Below, one piece after another: positions 11,263 to 20,129 of a stretch of 64,000 nt of DNA. The notes beneath the pieces were generated by a model, which had not been told where the DNA came from, ran no database searches, and worked only from the letters and a program-made list of their open reading frames with translations. Positions within the stretch are counted from its first letter, which is position 1; every line of letters starts with the position of its first letter. This DNA comes from Acetobacteraceae bacterium (lineage in GTDB: Bacteria; Pseudomonadota; Alphaproteobacteria; Acetobacterales; Acetobacteraceae): the NCBI GenBank assembly GCA_035486355.1, contig DATHNE010000207.1, positions 521 to 64,520 on the forward strand, in the 5' to 3' direction. The translations under genes and the position numbers were made by a program.

Positions 11263-12498
11263 ATGAGCAAATCAATCGGACGACGCACCACGCTGGCGCT
11301 GAGCGCCGCGGCGGGTGCCGCCAGCTTGGCGGGACGGGCCCGCGCGCAGGCACCGAAGGAAGTCGAAATCGCCATGCTAGTCCCGCTGTCCGGACCATGG
11401 GCGCGGCAGGGCATCCTGGAAAAGATGGGTGCCGAGTTGGCGATCGAGGATGTGAACAACGCCGGCGGCATCAAGGCGTTGGGGGGTGCCAAGCTGAAGC
11501 TGGTCGAACTCGACACGCAAGACAGCGCCGAGAAGGCCAAGGATGCCGCGCAGCGCATGATCGCCCAGTACCCCAACCTGGTCGGCGGCTTCGGATGCTG
11601 GCTCTCCACCTTCACGCTGGCCGTCACTGAGGTGACGGAGCGTGCGCAACTGCCCTGGCTAACGCTGTCCTATTCAGACCTGATCACCGGGCGCGGCTAC
11701 AAATACGTATTCCAGTCGTCGCCGACCGCGGACCAGCAATCGCAGGACATGGTGCCGGTGATCATGGCGCTGGCCGAGAAGGCCACCGGCAAACGGCCGA
11801 CCAAGGTGGGGCTGATCGGCGACAACACCGCGGCGTCCGTCAGCTTCATGAAGCCGATCCGCGATCACGTGCTGAAGGATGAAAAGCTGACGCCAGTAGT
11901 CGATCAGACCTACACGCCGCCCCTGAGCGACGCGACTACATTGGTGCAACCGGTGCGTAGCGCACACGCGGATTTCGTGCTGCTGACTTCGACCAACGTG
12001 CCGGACGACAAGCTGCTGGTCGACAAGTTCAACGAGTTCAACATGCCCGCGACCAAGGTCCCGCTGATCGGCAATGGCGGGCACTGGGCGGTGCCGGAGC
12101 TGCTGAAGGTTACGGGAGCGGACGAAATGGAGGGCGTGCTGGTGGGCCTCGCCAATTGGCCCGGCAAGGACGCCGCCGATATTGCCGCCCGCTTCATGAA
12201 GCGCACCGGTGAACCGTGGTTCGGGCATGATTCCATCTTTGCCTATGCGCACGTGATGATCCTGAAGGAGGCACTGGAGAAAGCCGGCGTCGCTGACCGC
12301 GTGAAGGTGAACGAGGCACTGCACGCGCTGAACATGACGACTGGCCCGGCGCTGCTGTTCCCTGGTGGCCACCTGCAATACGACGAACGCGGCCGGCGCA
12401 TCGGCGCGAAGATGGTGATGGTGCAATGGCAAGGCGGCAAGCCGGTGACGGTCTATCCGCCAGAAGTCGCCATCGCCGCCGCGAAGTGGAAGGCGTAG
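11263..12498 (+). CDS. ABC transporter substrate-binding protein (LivJ/K-like, type I PBP)
   Basis: Start moved to ATG 11263 behind GGAGGA. Signal peptide MSKSIGRRTTLALSAAAGAASLAGRARAQ. Periplasmic binding protein fold. Last gene of the ABC operon. Confidence 0.85.
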   Translation: MSKSIGRRTTLALSAAAGAASLAGRARAQAPKEVEIAMLVPLSGPWARQGILEKMGAELAIEDVNNAGGIKALGGAKLKLVELDTQDSAEKAKDAAQRMIAQYPNLVGGFGCWLSTFTLAVTEVTERAQLPWLTLSYSDLITGRGYKYVFQSSPTADQQSQDMVPVIMALAEKATGKRPTKVGLIGDNTAASVSFMKPIRDHVLKDEKLTPVVDQTYTPPLSDATTLVQPVRSAHADFVLLTSTNVPDDKLLVDKFNEFNMPATKVPLIGNGGHWAVPELLKVTGADEMEGVLVGLANWPGKDAADIAARFMKRTGEPWFGHDSIFAYAHVMILKEALEKAGVADRVKVNEALHALNMTTGPALLFPGGHLQYDERGRRIGAKMVMVQWQGGKPVTVYPPEVAIAAAKWKA

Positions 12499-12509
12499 AA
12501 TGAATTCCT

Positions 12510-12537
12510 GTTATGGCCGGCCTTCGTCGGCCATAAC
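12510..12537. terminator. 10-bp stem hairpin between convergent genes
   Basis: GTTATGGCCG-8 nt-CGGCCATAAC sits between the SBP stop (12498) and the SDR stop (12546). No clear U-tract. Confidence 0.4.
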
Positions 12538-12545
12538 GGGAAGCC

Positions 12546-13292
12546 CTACGGTAGAAATGCCCCACCATTCACGTGAATCGTCTGCCCGGTGATGAATCGC
12601 GCCGGGGTGGTGATGAGATAATGCACCATCGCGGCGATCTCCTCCGGATAGCCCATTCGCCCGGCCAGATTGTCCGGCAGATGCGCCCGTCCACTGTTCC
12701 CCCCAGCGGCGGCGCCGCGGATCGTATTGATTGATCCCGGAACGACAATATTCACCGTGATATGTGACGACGCCAGCTCCTTTGCCAACGCGCGCGTCAG
12801 TCCGACCATGCCTGCCTTGGCAGTCACCGCGTGGACGCGGCCGACCGCGCCGATATGCGCAGAAATGCCACCAATATTGATGATGCATCCGCCACCCGCT
12901 GCCGCGATATGCGGTGCGGCCGCATGCGCGCAATAGAACGCACCATCCAACGTGCTGCCGAGGATCTCCCGCCATTCCTCCGGCGTCAGCTCCGCGAATT
13001 TCGTCTGCCGCCGCACCGAGGCATTGTTCACCAGCACGTCCAGCCGGCCGAACTGCGCCATCGTTGCCTCGACCAGCCCACGCGCCTGGGCCGGATCGGA
13101 AATATCTGCCAAATGCACCGCGGCCTCACCACCCGCCTCGCGCACCAGCGCCGCTGTTGTTTCGCAATCGTCACGGGAACTGCGGGCGGTCACCATCACA
13201 CGCATGCCATCGCGACCGAAGGCGATCGCCGTGGCGCGGCCGATGTTCAAGGCACTGCCGGTGACCAGTGCCACTCTGGGTTCGTCGGTCAT
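12546..13292 (-). CDS. SDR-family protein with non-canonical active-site region
   Basis: Start moved to ATG 13292 (MTDEPRVALVTGSALNIGRA) behind GGAGGGA. Has a Rossmann TGxxxxIG and NNAS. Eye alignment to FabG puts Gly/Ala at the catalytic Ser/Tyr positions (NIGGISAHIGAVGRVHAVTAKAG). The 482-aa track ORF is an artefactual upstream extension. Confidence 0.8.
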   Translation of the reverse strand: MTDEPRVALVTGSALNIGRATAIAFGRDGMRVMVTARSSRDDCETTAALVREAGGEAAVHLADISDPAQARGLVEATMAQFGRLDVLVNNASVRRQTKFAELTPEEWREILGSTLDGAFYCAHAAAPHIAAAGGGCIINIGGISAHIGAVGRVHAVTAKAGMVGLTRALAKELASSHITVNIVVPGSINTIRGAAAGGNSGRAHLPDNLAGRMGYPEEIAAMVHYLITTPARFITGQTIHVNGGAFLP

Positions 13293-13373
13293 ACATCCCT
13301 CCGTTCGATCGCCCGATTGGACTCGATCAGGCGGTTGGTGTGCAATAGGCGCACCGAGCAAATGGAGGAAATC

Positions 13374-13700
13374 ATGGCCCAAATCCCGACGAGTGCCTCG
13401 CGTGACCGCGTGCGCAATACCGTGCCGAAGATGATCGAGCTGACCGAGAAGGTATTGTTTGGCGACGTGTGGGAACGACCGCAATTGTCCAAGCGCGATC
13501 GCAGCCTGATCGTCTGTGCGACCTTGATCGCGACCTACCGGCCAGAGCAGTTGCGCGGCCATCTGGAGCGCGCACTGACCAACGGCGTGACCAAGGAAGA
13601 GCTGTCCGAGGTGATCACCCATCTCGCCTTCTACGCCGGCTGGCCGGCGGCGATGTCCGCGGCAAACATTGCGCGCGAGGTATTCGAGGCCAATCCGTAA
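13374..13700 (+). CDS. carboxymuconolactone decarboxylase (CMD/AhpD-like) family protein
   Basis: Start at ATG 13374 behind GGAGGA (13364-13369). FGDVWERPQLSKRDRSLI...THLAFYAGWPAA is typical of the CMD family. 108 aa. Confidence 0.8.
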   Translation: MAQIPTSASRDRVRNTVPKMIELTEKVLFGDVWERPQLSKRDRSLIVCATLIATYRPEQLRGHLERALTNGVTKEELSEVITHLAFYAGWPAAMSAANIAREVFEANP

Positions 13701-13712
13701 GGAGCGACTGAT

Positions 13713-14660
13713 ATGAAGGCGGGGTTCATCGGCCTTGGCACCATGGGTGCCAGCATGGCCGCCAATCTGCAACGCGGCCTGACCGCGCGCGGCGACAGCC
13801 TGGTGGTGCACGATGTGCGGCGCGAGGCGGCCCAGCGTCACATCCAGGCCGGCGCACGCTGGGCCGACACACCGGCCGCGCTGGCGGCCGAGTGCGATGT
13901 CATTTTCAGTTCGCTGCCCGGACCACCCGAGTTTGAGGCGGTGGTGAATGGCCCCAGCGGTCTGCTGACCGGCATCCGCAGAGGCGCTGCCCATTTCGAT
14001 CTGACGACGAACTCACCCACCACCATGCGCAAGGCCGCGGCTGACTACGATGCGAAGGGCGCGTTCCTGTTCGATGCCCCGGTCAGCGGTGGGCCGCGCG
14101 GTGCGCAAACTGGAAAGCTCGCAGTGTGGTGCGGCGGTGATCAGGCAGGGTTCGATACCTGGAAGCCAACGCTGGATCTGTTCGCCGACCAGGCCAGCTA
14201 TGTTGGGCCGATCGGTGCCGGATCCGTCGCAAAGCTGGTGCACAACTGCTTCGGCTACATCATGACCGCGGGTGCGGCCGAGGTGTTCACCATGGGGGTA
14301 AAGGCTGGTATCGAACCACTGGCAATCTGGGAGGCAGTGCGCCAGGGCGCCATCGGCCGGCGCGGCGCCTTCGACTCGCTTACGGATCAGTTCCTGCCCA
14401 ACAAATACGAACCCCCCGCCTTCGCGCTGCGGCTGGCACACAAGGACGTTTTCCTCGCCACCCAGGTCGGGCGAGAGCTGAACGTACCGATGCGTCTGGC
14501 AAATATCGCGCTGTCAGATTTGACTGAGGCGCTGAATCGCGGCTGGGGCAATCAGGACTCGCGCGCGATCATGAAGTTGCAGATCGAGCGCGCCGGCGTC
14601 GAGGTCGCCGTGGATCAGCAGCGCATCGCGGAAGCGTTGGACAAGAACCCGCGGAAGTAG
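13713..14660 (+). CDS. NAD(P)-dependent oxidoreductase, 3-hydroxyisobutyrate dehydrogenase (HIBADH) family
   Basis: N-terminal GFIGLGTMGASMAANL dinucleotide fold, plus DAPVSGG and VAKLVHN motifs. Confidence 0.88.
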   Translation: MKAGFIGLGTMGASMAANLQRGLTARGDSLVVHDVRREAAQRHIQAGARWADTPAALAAECDVIFSSLPGPPEFEAVVNGPSGLLTGIRRGAAHFDLTTNSPTTMRKAAADYDAKGAFLFDAPVSGGPRGAQTGKLAVWCGGDQAGFDTWKPTLDLFADQASYVGPIGAGSVAKLVHNCFGYIMTAGAAEVFTMGVKAGIEPLAIWEAVRQGAIGRRGAFDSLTDQFLPNKYEPPAFALRLAHKDVFLATQVGRELNVPMRLANIALSDLTEALNRGWGNQDSRAIMKLQIERAGVEVAVDQQRIAEALDKNPRK

Positions 14661-14669
14661 CGACGTACA

Positions 14670-14781
14670 CCTCTCCCGATTCGCGGGAGAGGTCGGCGCG
14701 AAGCGCCGGGTGAGGGTGCTTCATGCTCTCCCCCTCACCCGCGTCGTGCTGCTCCCCGGCCTCTCCCGCACGCGGGAGAGG
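14670..14781. repeat. REP-like composite palindromic element (family 1)
   Basis: CCTCTCCCG-5 nt-CGGGAGAGG at 14670-14692, then GTGAGGG...CCCTCACCCGCGTCG, then CCTCTCCCGCACGCGGGAGAGG at 14760-14781. Lies between convergent genes. Related copies at 23007, 28176 and 63444. Confidence 0.75.
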
Positions 14782-14790
14782 CGTACAGCA

Positions 14791-16029
14791 TCAGGTCACC
14801 GGCGGCCGCGGCACGTGAAATCGTGGCTCACGCCACAGGCCACTGCGCATCACATCATCCAGCACCGCCACCGCATCCCATACATCAGCAAACCGCACGT
14901 ACAACGGTGCCACCCCAAACCGCATCACATCAGGCGCACGGAAATCCCCGATCACACCGCGCGAGATCAGCGCCTGCATGATCGGATACCCATTGGGATG
15001 CGCCACCGAAACTTGGCTGCCACGCTCCGACGACCGCGGCGTCAACATACGGAACCCATGCGCGTTGCACAATGGTTCCATTAATGTCATGAACAGCTCG
15101 GTCAACCGCAGCGACTTCTCGCGCACCGCCGCACCCGGCGCCTCGTTCATGATATCGACGCCCACATCCAGCGGCACGAGGCTCAGAATCGGTGGTGTGC
15201 CCACCACCGCCCGCGCGATCCCTGCCGCCGGCCGATACGCCGCCGCGAATTCGAATGGCGCCGCATGCCCAAGCCACCCTGTCATTGGCGATCGGAACGC
15301 CGCCTGCAAGCGTGGCGCAATCATCAGGAACGCGGGCGCCCCCGGGCCACCGTTCAAATATTTGTATCCACACCCCACCGCCAGATCGACATCATCTGCC
15401 GCCAATTGCAACGGCACCGCGCCAACCGAGTGCGACAGATCCCACAGCACCAGCGCTCCCACCGCATGCGCTGCCGCCGTCAGCTTCGTCATGTCATGCA
15501 TCGCACCCGTGCGATAGTTGACGTGTGTCAGCGTCAACACCGCGACATCCGAATCCAGCGCCGCCACCGGATCGTCCACCGCACGCAGCTCATACCCGGG
15601 CCCCAGCAGCTCCATCAACCCTTGCGCGATATACAGATCGGTCGGGAAATTGCCCGCTTCGGTCACCATCACACGCCGATCCGGCCGCAACGCCAATGCC
15701 CCTGCCAACAGCTTGAACAAATTCACCGAGGTGGAATCTGCCACCACCACACTATCCGGCTCCGCACCAATCAGCCGCCCGATCTTCCCACCCACCTGGA
15801 ACGGCAGGCCCATCCACCCATGCGCCGTCCATGACCGGATCAGCGATTGCCCCCATTGCCGCGAAAGCACCTCCGCAATGCGCCCCGGCACAGCCTTCGG
15901 CACTGGCCCCAGCGAATTGCCATCCAGATAGATCACCCCTTCCGGCAGAGTGAACCGCTCCCGAAACGGTGCCAACACATCCGCCACATCTAGCGCCGCC
16001 AGCTCCGCGCGTGAGACCACCACGCTCAC
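14791..16029 (-). CDS. kynU: kynureninase
   Basis: GTG start at 16029 behind GGAGGA (GTGA overlap with the upstream SDR stop). Matches Pseudomonas KynU along its length (PEGVIYLDGNSLG, NFPTDLYIA, GCGYKYLNGGPGAPAF, VIGDFR.PD.MRFG). Confidence 0.92.
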   Translation of the reverse strand: MSVVVSRAELAALDVADVLAPFRERFTLPEGVIYLDGNSLGPVPKAVPGRIAEVLSRQWGQSLIRSWTAHGWMGLPFQVGGKIGRLIGAEPDSVVVADSTSVNLFKLLAGALALRPDRRVMVTEAGNFPTDLYIAQGLMELLGPGYELRAVDDPVAALDSDVAVLTLTHVNYRTGAMHDMTKLTAAAHAVGALVLWDLSHSVGAVPLQLAADDVDLAVGCGYKYLNGGPGAPAFLMIAPRLQAAFRSPMTGWLGHAAPFEFAAAYRPAAGIARAVVGTPPILSLVPLDVGVDIMNEAPGAAVREKSLRLTELFMTLMEPLCNAHGFRMLTPRSSERGSQVSVAHPNGYPIMQALISRGVIGDFRAPDVMRFGVAPLYVRFADVWDAVAVLDDVMRSGLWREPRFHVPRPPVT

Positions 16030-16811
16030 TCCTCCTTCTGCATCACGATCCCGGCCGTGGTGCCACCATCCACCACCAACGTTTGCCCGGTCACGAAGCA
16101 ACCCGCGGTCGACGCCAGGAACACCGCAGCTCCCGCAATATCATCCGGCTCGCCGATCCGCTGCAGCGGCACATCCCTCGTCGCGCGCCGATGCCGCACC
16201 GGATCGGTCCACAATGCCTTGGCAAAATCCGTCCGCACCAACCCCGGTGCGATACAGTTTACCCGCACGTTCTTCGGTCCCCACTCCACCGCGAGGTTAC
16301 GCGCCATCTGCATGTCGGCGGCCTTCGAAATCGCATACAGCCCCAACGAGGCCGACCCACGCAGCCCGCCGATCGACGAAATGATGATGAACGCCCCGCC
16401 ACCCCGTGCCGCCATCAACGGGCACACCATATTCCCCAGCCAGAAATTGCTGCGCACATTGGCGCCCATCACGCGTTCATACACCTCATCCGAGGCACCC
16501 GCCGCTGGCCCCAGATACGGATTCACCGCCGCATTGCTGATGAAGATGTCGATGCCGCCCCACAACGCCACGGTCTGATCCACCAGCGCCTGCAGCTCGT
16601 CCTTGCGCGCGATATGGCACGGGATCACCGCCGCCTCACCACCCTTGGCGCGAATTCCTACCGCCACCTCCTCGCACGCATCGGCCTTGCGCGAGGACAC
16701 CACCACCTTCGCGCCGTGCTCACCCAATCGTTCGGCAATCGCGCGACCGATGCCTTTGCTCGAACCAGTGACGATGGCGACCTTACCGGTGAGATCGAAC
16801 AGCGACATCAC
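16026..16811 (-). CDS. SDR-family oxidoreductase
   Basis: TGSSKGIGRAIA, NAAVNP, and S...YAISKAA catalytic motifs. 261 aa. Confidence 0.88.
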   Translation of the reverse strand: MMSLFDLTGKVAIVTGSSKGIGRAIAERLGEHGAKVVVSSRKADACEEVAVGIRAKGGEAAVIPCHIARKDELQALVDQTVALWGGIDIFISNAAVNPYLGPAAGASDEVYERVMGANVRSNFWLGNMVCPLMAARGGGAFIIISSIGGLRGSASLGLYAISKAADMQMARNLAVEWGPKNVRVNCIAPGLVRTDFAKALWTDPVRHRRATRDVPLQRIGEPDDIAGAAVFLASTAGCFVTGQTLVVDGGTTAGIVMQKEE

Positions 16812-16863
16812 GTTTCCCCTTGCGGCTCTTTATCGAGTATCGGTGGCGTCCCACAAACGTCAA

Positions 16864-18552
16864 TCAGACCTGCGGCCGTAACGCCCGCACCGCGTCATCC
16901 ACGGTGCGAAACACCTGCTTCGGTCCCAATGCGGCAATCAAACCCGAACGCCCGGCCTGCAATTGCGCGCGCTCGCCCAACAGCCGCGTCAAGGCCACCG
17001 TGATACCGCCATCGCGGAGCCGCGCAATGGTCTGCTGCAACACCCGCGAGCCGGTGTAATCGATGTCGATCATACCGCTCGCCTCCAGCACCACCAGTGT
17101 CACCGAGTGCCGCATTGCCACCAGCTCCGTCAGGCGACGACACACGTAACTCGCGTTGGTGAAGTTGATCGGCGCCGCCAGCCCGAACACCAGCACGCCC
17201 GGCTCACGCTTGCTGGCTGCATCCTCCATCGGCGGCCACCACACCGTGGTGCCGGGCACCCGCAGCAGCTCCGTGCACAGCGGGCGCGCGATGATGGTGA
17301 AACTGTGCAAGAGCGACAGCACGATGCTGATCAGCATTCCGGTCTGGATCGGCAACAGGATGACCGAGCCAGCGCTCGCCGCGACCAACAGGATCTCCGT
17401 GCCACCATAGCGCAGGATGCGCGCCATCTCCCTCACCTGAAAGATCCGGCAGGCGATCGATATCAGCAGGCCACCCAACGCCGCTTGCGGAATGACCGCC
17501 AGCAGCTCAGCTCCAAACAGCGCCAGCACACCCGCCAGCACCACCGCGACCAAGCCGGCGAGCTGCGTATGACCGCCACCCTCCGCCACCACCGAGGTGT
17601 TTGGCGGGCTGGCATTCACCGCGAACGCCCCGAACAGCCCAGCCAGCACGCAGCCGGCACCCACGCCACCGAAATCGCGGCTGACATGGCGTGGGCCGCC
17701 GGCCTCCGATGGATAGGCACGCAGCACCGCGGCGCTCTGCATCATGCAGACCAGTGCCACGATGAACGCCAATGGCAACAGCGGTTCGAGATCGCGTAGC
17801 GTATTAATCGACGGCAGGTGCGGGCGCATCGTGACCGGTGGAAGTGACCCAAGCACGGGCACCACGTCGGCCGATGGATGCAGCACCCACACCACACCTG
17901 CCGCCAGCAGCAACGCCAGCAGCGCACCTGGCACGCGCGGCGCCAGATGTGATGTGGCCAATGAAAGCGCCAGCACGCACAGGCCAATGACAATCGTCAT
18001 CGGGTGCGCCTCCGGCACATGCCGCAGGATGCCAACCAACTGCGATGGGAGCCGCCCTGGCGCATTAGGCACGTTCAGGATCGCAGGCAACTGGCTGATG
18101 ATGATGTGAACCGCGATGCCAGCCAGGAAGCCGGTGATCACCGGCCCCGACAACAGGTCGGCGATCCAGCCAGCCCGCAGCACCGCCGCGCCGATCAGTA
18201 TCGCGCCAACCAACAGGGCCAGCAGCGCGGCGGCCTCGGGATAGTTCAACCCACCGCCCGCCGCGACGGTGGCCAGGCCGCCTGCGAAGATCGTTGCGAT
18301 CGTGGAATCGGAACCCACCGACAGGAAACGATTGCTGCCGAACAGCGCGAAACCAACAGTTCCGCCGATGAAGGCAACCAGCCCGACCGACGGCGACACG
18401 CCCACCAGCCGCGCGGTCGCCAGTTGCGCCGGCAAGGCAACGGCGGCAAGCGCCAGCCCGGCCATCAGGTCGCCCCGCAGCCAATCGCGCCGCCATCCGC
18501 GCAATGAAGCCACCAACAGCGGCGCGCGGTCAGGTTCTTCGGCGAGTGCCAT
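16864..18552 (-). CDS. SulP-family anion transporter with C-terminal STAS domain
   Basis: Start moved to ATG 18552 (MALAEEPD). Polytopic SulP core followed by a STAS-like C-terminus (VTLVVLEASGMIDIDYTG...LRDGGITVAL). Confidence 0.88.
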   Translation of the reverse strand: MALAEEPDRAPLLVASLRGWRRDWLRGDLMAGLALAAVALPAQLATARLVGVSPSVGLVAFIGGTVGFALFGSNRFLSVGSDSTIATIFAGGLATVAAGGGLNYPEAAALLALLVGAILIGAAVLRAGWIADLLSGPVITGFLAGIAVHIIISQLPAILNVPNAPGRLPSQLVGILRHVPEAHPMTIVIGLCVLALSLATSHLAPRVPGALLALLLAAGVVWVLHPSADVVPVLGSLPPVTMRPHLPSINTLRDLEPLLPLAFIVALVCMMQSAAVLRAYPSEAGGPRHVSRDFGGVGAGCVLAGLFGAFAVNASPPNTSVVAEGGGHTQLAGLVAVVLAGVLALFGAELLAVIPQAALGGLLISIACRIFQVREMARILRYGGTEILLVAASAGSVILLPIQTGMLISIVLSLLHSFTIIARPLCTELLRVPGTTVWWPPMEDAASKREPGVLVFGLAAPINFTNASYVCRRLTELVAMRHSVTLVVLEASGMIDIDYTGSRVLQQTIARLRDGGITVALTRLLGERAQLQAGRSGLIAALGPKQVFRTVDDAVRALRPQV

Positions 18553-18628
18553 GTCCAGGAGTCTCGGCCGCAATCGCGGGATGCACAATGGTCCCGTCGC
18601 GCGCTAGGCTGACGCGGGGCTCCGGGGG

Positions 18629-20077
18629 GTGACGATGAGCAGCGTGCTGGACCTGTTACGACCGGGTATGGCCGGCACGGCGCCAACTGCTGCGCCGACG
18701 CGCCGCCGCCTGACACTGCCGCATCCAGTCATCATGATGCTGCTGATTATCGTGGCCGCCGTGGTGATGAGCTGGCTGATACCCTCGGGGATGTTCAATC
18801 GTTCGCCGAACGGCCACGTGCTGCCCGGCACCTATCACGTGATCCCCAAGCAGTATTCGATGCAGGCGCTGGTCTGGCCGCAGCACGGTACCGCCACCGC
18901 CGCCTATCCGGCCGATATCGCCTCCCTGGTCAGCACCATCCCGGTCGGCATGACGCACGCCGCCGGGCTGATCTTCATGATCATGTTCCTGGGCGGCATG
19001 TTCGGCGTGCTGCGCGCGTCCGGAGCCTTGGATGCGGGCGTGGAACGGCTGGTCGCTGCGACCGGCGGCAATGTCTACGTGCTGGCGCCGGTGCTGATGA
19101 TCGTGCTGTCCGCGGGCAGCACTTTCCTTGGTCTGATCTCGGAATATCTGGTGCTGATCCCGATGGCGCTGGTGCTGGCGGAGAAGCTGCGCCTCGGCCC
19201 GCTGTTCGCCGTGGCATTGATTGCGATCCCGGCGAAGCTCGGCTACCTGGCCTCAGTGACCAATCCGCTGCCGCTGGTGATCGCACAGCCGATCGTCGGC
19301 ATGCCGGTGTTCAGCGGCCTGTCCTTCCGCCTGGCGCTATGGGTGGTCTTCCTCGGCCTGGGCATCGCCTATCTGCTGGTGTTGCTGGCGCGCTCCGGCT
19401 TCACGCCTTCGCAGGCGGTGCACACCGCCCCGAAACTCACCGGTCGGCAGACCGCGATCCTGCTATCCATCGCACTCGGCGTGGCGGCAATCGTCTACGG
19501 CGCCGGCAACCTGCACTGGGGCAACCTTCAGCTCGGCGCCTTCTACATTTTCCTGGGCGTGTTGATCGCGGTCCTCGCCGGGATGGACGCCGAGCACGCC
19601 GCCGATTCCTTCATCGACGGCATGAAAGGCATGATGCTCGCCGCACTGCTGGTCGGGCTGGCCGGTGCGGTGGAGGAAGTGCTGCGCAACGCCCAGGTGC
19701 TGGATACCATCATCAACGACCTCGCGGCGCTGGCGCAGGACAAGGCGCCGATCCTGGTCGCGCAAACCCTGGTCGGCATCGAGATCATCCTGGACGTGCT
19801 GATCCCATCCACCAGCGCCAAGGCCGCCATCTCGATGCCGATCCTATGGCCGATTGCCCAGCTCAGCGGCGTCGGTGGCCAGACGACGGTGCTGGCCTAT
19901 TTGATCGGCAACGGTTTGACCAACATGGTCACGCCAACGTCAGGCATGTTGCTGGCATATTTGTCGACCGGGCGCGTGCCCTACGGCACGTGGATGCGCT
20001 TCATCCTGCCGCTGTGGCTGGCGCTTCTGATGCTGTCGCTGATCGCGGTGGCAATTGCGGTGATGATCGGATACTGA
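18629..20077 (+). CDS. YfcC-family (IT superfamily) membrane transporter
   Basis: GTG 18629 (ATG 18635 alternative). Colinear with E. coli YfcC by eye (IPSGMF, GGMFGVL, VIAQPIVGMPVFSG, PSTSAKAAISMPI, VTPTSG). Confidence 0.75.
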   Translation: MTMSSVLDLLRPGMAGTAPTAAPTRRRLTLPHPVIMMLLIIVAAVVMSWLIPSGMFNRSPNGHVLPGTYHVIPKQYSMQALVWPQHGTATAAYPADIASLVSTIPVGMTHAAGLIFMIMFLGGMFGVLRASGALDAGVERLVAATGGNVYVLAPVLMIVLSAGSTFLGLISEYLVLIPMALVLAEKLRLGPLFAVALIAIPAKLGYLASVTNPLPLVIAQPIVGMPVFSGLSFRLALWVVFLGLGIAYLLVLLARSGFTPSQAVHTAPKLTGRQTAILLSIALGVAAIVYGAGNLHWGNLQLGAFYIFLGVLIAVLAGMDAEHAADSFIDGMKGMMLAALLVGLAGAVEEVLRNAQVLDTIINDLAALAQDKAPILVAQTLVGIEIILDVLIPSTSAKAAISMPILWPIAQLSGVGGQTTVLAYLIGNGLTNMVTPTSGMLLAYLSTGRVPYGTWMRFILPLWLALLMLSLIAVAIAVMIGY

Positions 20078-20129
20078 CAAGACAGAGCCATGTTAGTCTC
20101 GGCGTGCCGACAACAATACCGGCGCGGTT

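Noticed and set aside
13293-13994. N-terminal 234 residues of the 482-aa track ORF 12546..13994
   Set aside because: The SDR starts at ATG 13292 with a good RBS and its Rossmann motif 10 residues in. The extension overlaps the CMD-family and HIBADH genes on the other strand and is low-complexity.
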